Assembly: GCA_030141605.1 (NCBI GenBank)
Contig: JAQGDQ010001795.1
Location: 1-25,245, forward strand
DNA length: 25,245 nucleotides
Source: Tubiluchus corallicola
Taxonomy: Eukaryota > Animalia > Priapulida
Direction: 5' to 3'
This document shows positions 22,298-25,245 of this stretch, one piece after another (within the stretch, counting starts at the first letter, position 1; each line of letters starts with the position of its first letter). The notes beneath the pieces are model-generated. The model had not been told where the DNA came from. It saw only the letters and a program-made list of their open reading frames with translations, and ran no database searches. The translations under genes were made by a program, and so were the position numbers.

Positions 22298-22685
22298 CAG
22301 GGCCTATTTCAAAGGGGGGAAGTGGGGATACTTCCCCGGGGCCGCACCCTCCAGGGGGGCCTCGCGCCAAGGTAACATTTTTTTGCTTCATGCGAACATA
22401 CTGCCTCCTCTCTCTCTCTCTCTCGCTGCACGCGCGCCGTTTGCCAGTATTGACAAGTACTAAGGACTGGTCTTCAGAACAAAGCAGTTTTTCTTTCAAT
22501 TGTTCTTTCCTTTAACAACTGTATAACTTCATATTTTCTCTTCGAAAATGCTTTTCCGGCGTTCTAGCAGTTCAAAAATTTTCTGGGCGCCAACCATGGT
22601 AGCGCTCGCCACCCCCCCCCGATCCCCCGATGGGGCCTCACACGCCCCACTTCCCCGGGCCTCGCCTAGGCTGAAATAGGCCCTG
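22298..22685 (-). mobile_element. hAT-like MITE, copy 2, inverted relative to 7219-7635
   Basis: Same TIR CAGGGCCTATTTCA; perfect 8-bp TSD TGTACTGA (22290-22297, 22686-22693); body is the reverse complement of copy 1 with a shorter GA tract. Confidence 0.95.
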
Positions 22686-23535
22686 TGTACTGAGAATCAA
22701 AAAAGATTACTATAGCTTACAGTATTTTCTGAGCTTAATAGGTAACACGAAACTTAAATGAAAACTGAAAGTTTTTTCATATTCTGCTTTACTTTGACAT
22801 CGGCAAAAATATAAATTTTAAGATACAGTATCAAAAAAAGATTACTGTAGCATGCAGTATTTTCAGAGCAAAACAGTATTAATAATTTAGTGATCATATT
22901 TACTAAATAGCATTATCTGTTTAATTGGCCATCAGTCTTAGGACACCAAGGGGCATATCAACCAAAAGGCTAACTAAACTAGGGCACCAAACTTTGAGGG
23001 GCGTCACATTTTAGAAAAAATACTTATTCTGCTCGGAAATGTGTATACTTTCATATTCATGTAAAGGGCAAATTTTGTAACACACCACAGGCAGTTACTG
23101 AGTACAGCTTTTATATAAGTGCCACATAATGAACAGGTGCAAGGTAGTACACAACAAACAGTTGCGCACCTTGCTTGAACATAAGTGATATGCAAATACA
23201 TGTAATTAATAATAACTACGCGAAAACTATATTAATAATGTATCTAATATGCCACAAGTAAATGTTTAATTGGGATATTTCACAACAAGAAGTTGTGCAG
23301 CCTAACTGAATATAAGCGCTATGCTAATGATCACGTAGAAACTATGCTTATAGTGTTTTTAATACACTACAAGTAATTATTCGATCTGCTCACTACATAA
23401 ACCTAATAACAAATTCACAATAAAGTTGGGCGGGATGTAACTATCTACGTCGTAAAGTTTTGATACGCTCCTGGTCATAGCCTTATATTAGCTTAAGATT
23501 AATCAAAACGTCGAGATACAGTGTAGGCATCCTGC

Positions 23536-23655
23536 AAACCTACAGCACCTGGTATTCCTAGGCGGTCACCCATCCAAGTACTAACCAGGCTCTACGTGGC
23601 TTAACTTCGGTGATCAGACTAGAACCGGTGTTTTCAACGTGATTTGGCCGTAGTC
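23536..23655 (-). rRNA. 5S: Full-length 5S rRNA copy, probably a retroposed pseudogene or SINE head
   Basis: Reverse complement GACTACGGCCAAATCACGTTGAAAACACCGGTTCTAGTCTGATCACCGAAGTTAAGCCACGTAGAGCCTGGTTAGTACTTGGATGGGTGACCGCCTAGGAATACCAGGTGCTGTAGGTTT (120 nt). Box A and box C intact; A2 mismatched in helix I; solitary; only T3 at the 3' end. Confidence 0.93.
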
Positions 23656-24211
23656 GAAGGGGCTGTACAAGCAGCCAACGGCTAGAGGGCGGAGGAGGTC
23701 AAGTGACCCAACGGCCATGTGTAGAGGAGTAAACCTTCCAAATCAGGAGTGGAGCCCCGAAGGCGGACCAGTGCAGCATGCTCACTGACTCCGGCAGCTC
23801 CTGCAGCCAACCTGGTGCGAAACGTATCGCTCCGCTTTCCGTTGGACTACACCAGGGAGGAAGAGAGGGGGTTCCTGTTGTCTGGGCAACTCAAGATCTC
23901 CTTACACCTGGAGCCCCAAAGGCGGACCAGTGCAGCATGCTCACTGACTCCGGCAGCTCCTGCAGCCAACCAGGTGCCAAACGTATCGCTCCGCTTTCCT
24001 TTGGACTACACCAGGGAGGAAGAGAGGGGGTTCCTGTTGTCTGGGCAACTCAGGATCTCCATACACCTTGTTCAGGCGTGCGCCCTGGAGACGTTCAAGG
24101 ATCGGACTGCTCAGCCACAGTCGATGCTGCAGCTCCATCAATGTGATCGATGACTGACTCTCTTGGCGCACACTCCATTGTCCTCCGAGACAGAAGGATG
24201 CCAACAACAGC
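23656..24211 (+). mobile_element. Internally deleted, non-autonomous RTE-derived element
   Basis: 24092-24157 encodes RSRIGLLSHSRCCSSINVIDD*, the same RTE terminal motif as TRIGLVSHLRAH in the element at 2403-3038. 3' end CCATTGTCCTCCGAGACAGAAGGATGCCAACAACAGC resembles that element's 3' end. The GC-rich part 23656-24091 is inferred to be RTE 5'-UTR-like. Confidence 0.8.
23750..24067. repeat. 159-bp tandem duplication inside the RTE-derived element
   Basis: TGGAGCCCCRAAGGCGGACC... starts at 23750 and 23909; the copies differ by only a few substitutions. Confidence 0.95.
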
Positions 24212-24642
24212 AATCAAAACGTATACACACAGTGCATATATTTAGTAGTCAAAGTTAGAAGATACATATACCTGTTGTGTCATCCAGATATTCCTTGCAG
24301 TTATAAAGTTTATTGATTTTTCTCACATCAGCCTCAGTCATATCACCTCGCCGTCCAATCACCACCCCCTTTTTGCGGGGAACAATAGTGGGGTAATTGG
24401 GGTCTTTAGCGAAGCTCACTTTGGGGTAGTGCATTAAGCTTTCGTAATCATAGACTTCGCCAAGATTCTGACTATGCCAGTAACTGATTTTTCTGAACTG
24501 ACTTTGTTTGCCTAAAGCAAGTAAACAAAAACAGTGATTTTTTTATTGTGGATTTTTTTATTTACTATCTTTGATTGTTTTGTTGGAAATTGATTGTTTC
24601 TTTGATTGTTTTATTGTTTGATTGTTTTATTGAAAGGCAATA

Positions 24643-25245
24643 AGTAAAAAAGAAATAATCAGTGGAAATTGACTGTTTCAATCAAAGATAGTGAGTAAAG
24701 AAGAAATAATCGGTGGAAATTGACTGTTTCAATCAAAGATAGTGAGTAAAGAAGAAATAATCAGTGGAAATTGACTGGTTCAATCAAAGATAGTGAGTAA
24801 GGAAGAAATAATCAGTGGAAATTGACTGGTTCAATCAAAGATAGTGAGTAAGGAAGAAATAATCAGTGGAAATTGACTGTTTCAATCAAAGATAGTGAGT
24901 AAAGAAGAAATAATCGGTGGAAATTGACTGTTTCAATCAAAGATAGTGAGTAAGGAAGAAATAATCAGTGGAAATTGACTGTTTCAATCAAAGATAGTGA
25001 GTAAAGAAGAAATAATCGGTGGAAATTGACTGTTTCAATCAAAGATAGTGAGTAAAGAAGAAATAATCGGTGGAAATTGACTGGTTCAATCAAAGATAGT
25101 GAGTAAAGAAGAAATAATCAGTGGAAATTGACTGGTTCAATCAAAGATAGTGAGTAAGGAAGAAATAATCGGTGGAAATTGACTGTTTCAATCAAAGATA
25201 GTGAGTAAAGAAGAAATAATCGGTGGAAATTGACTGTTTCAATCA
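24643..25245. repeat. 51-bp tandem satellite, about 12 copies, runs off the window end
   Basis: Unit AATCAAAGATAGTGAGTAARGAAGAAATAATCRGTGGAAATTGACTGKTTC. Confidence 0.97.

Noticed and set aside
23536-23655. Member of a functional 5S rDNA array
   Set aside because: Solitary, no upstream spacer, helix I mismatch, no immediate T4 terminator, and enclosed by a retrotransposition TSD.
23749-24153. 134-aa and 122-aa ORFs with an internal repeat
   Set aside because: Explained by the 159-bp (multiple of 3) duplication in a retroelement leader; only the terminal RSRIGLLSH stretch is recognisably protein-like.

Overview
AT-rich eukaryotic (metazoan, probably invertebrate) genomic DNA with no prokaryotic features. 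It holds one protein-coding gene, an uninterrupted 647-aa Integrator subunit 9 ORF (15569-17512, +), and one intact tRNA-Val(AAC) gene (9591-9663, -). The rest is mostly repetitive: several unrelated tandem arrays (63, 72, 60/61, 62, 34 and 51 bp units), GA/GTT/GAT microsatellites, many MITEs (hAT-, pogo/Tigger- and piggyBac-like), a solo LTR with heat-shock elements, and RTE and CR1 LINE remnants, some nested. The most unusual structure is 23512-24211: a full-length antisense 5S rRNA copy fused head-to-head to an internally deleted RTE element, both inside one exact 11-bp target-site duplication. All family assignments come from motif recognition by eye; no database search was run.
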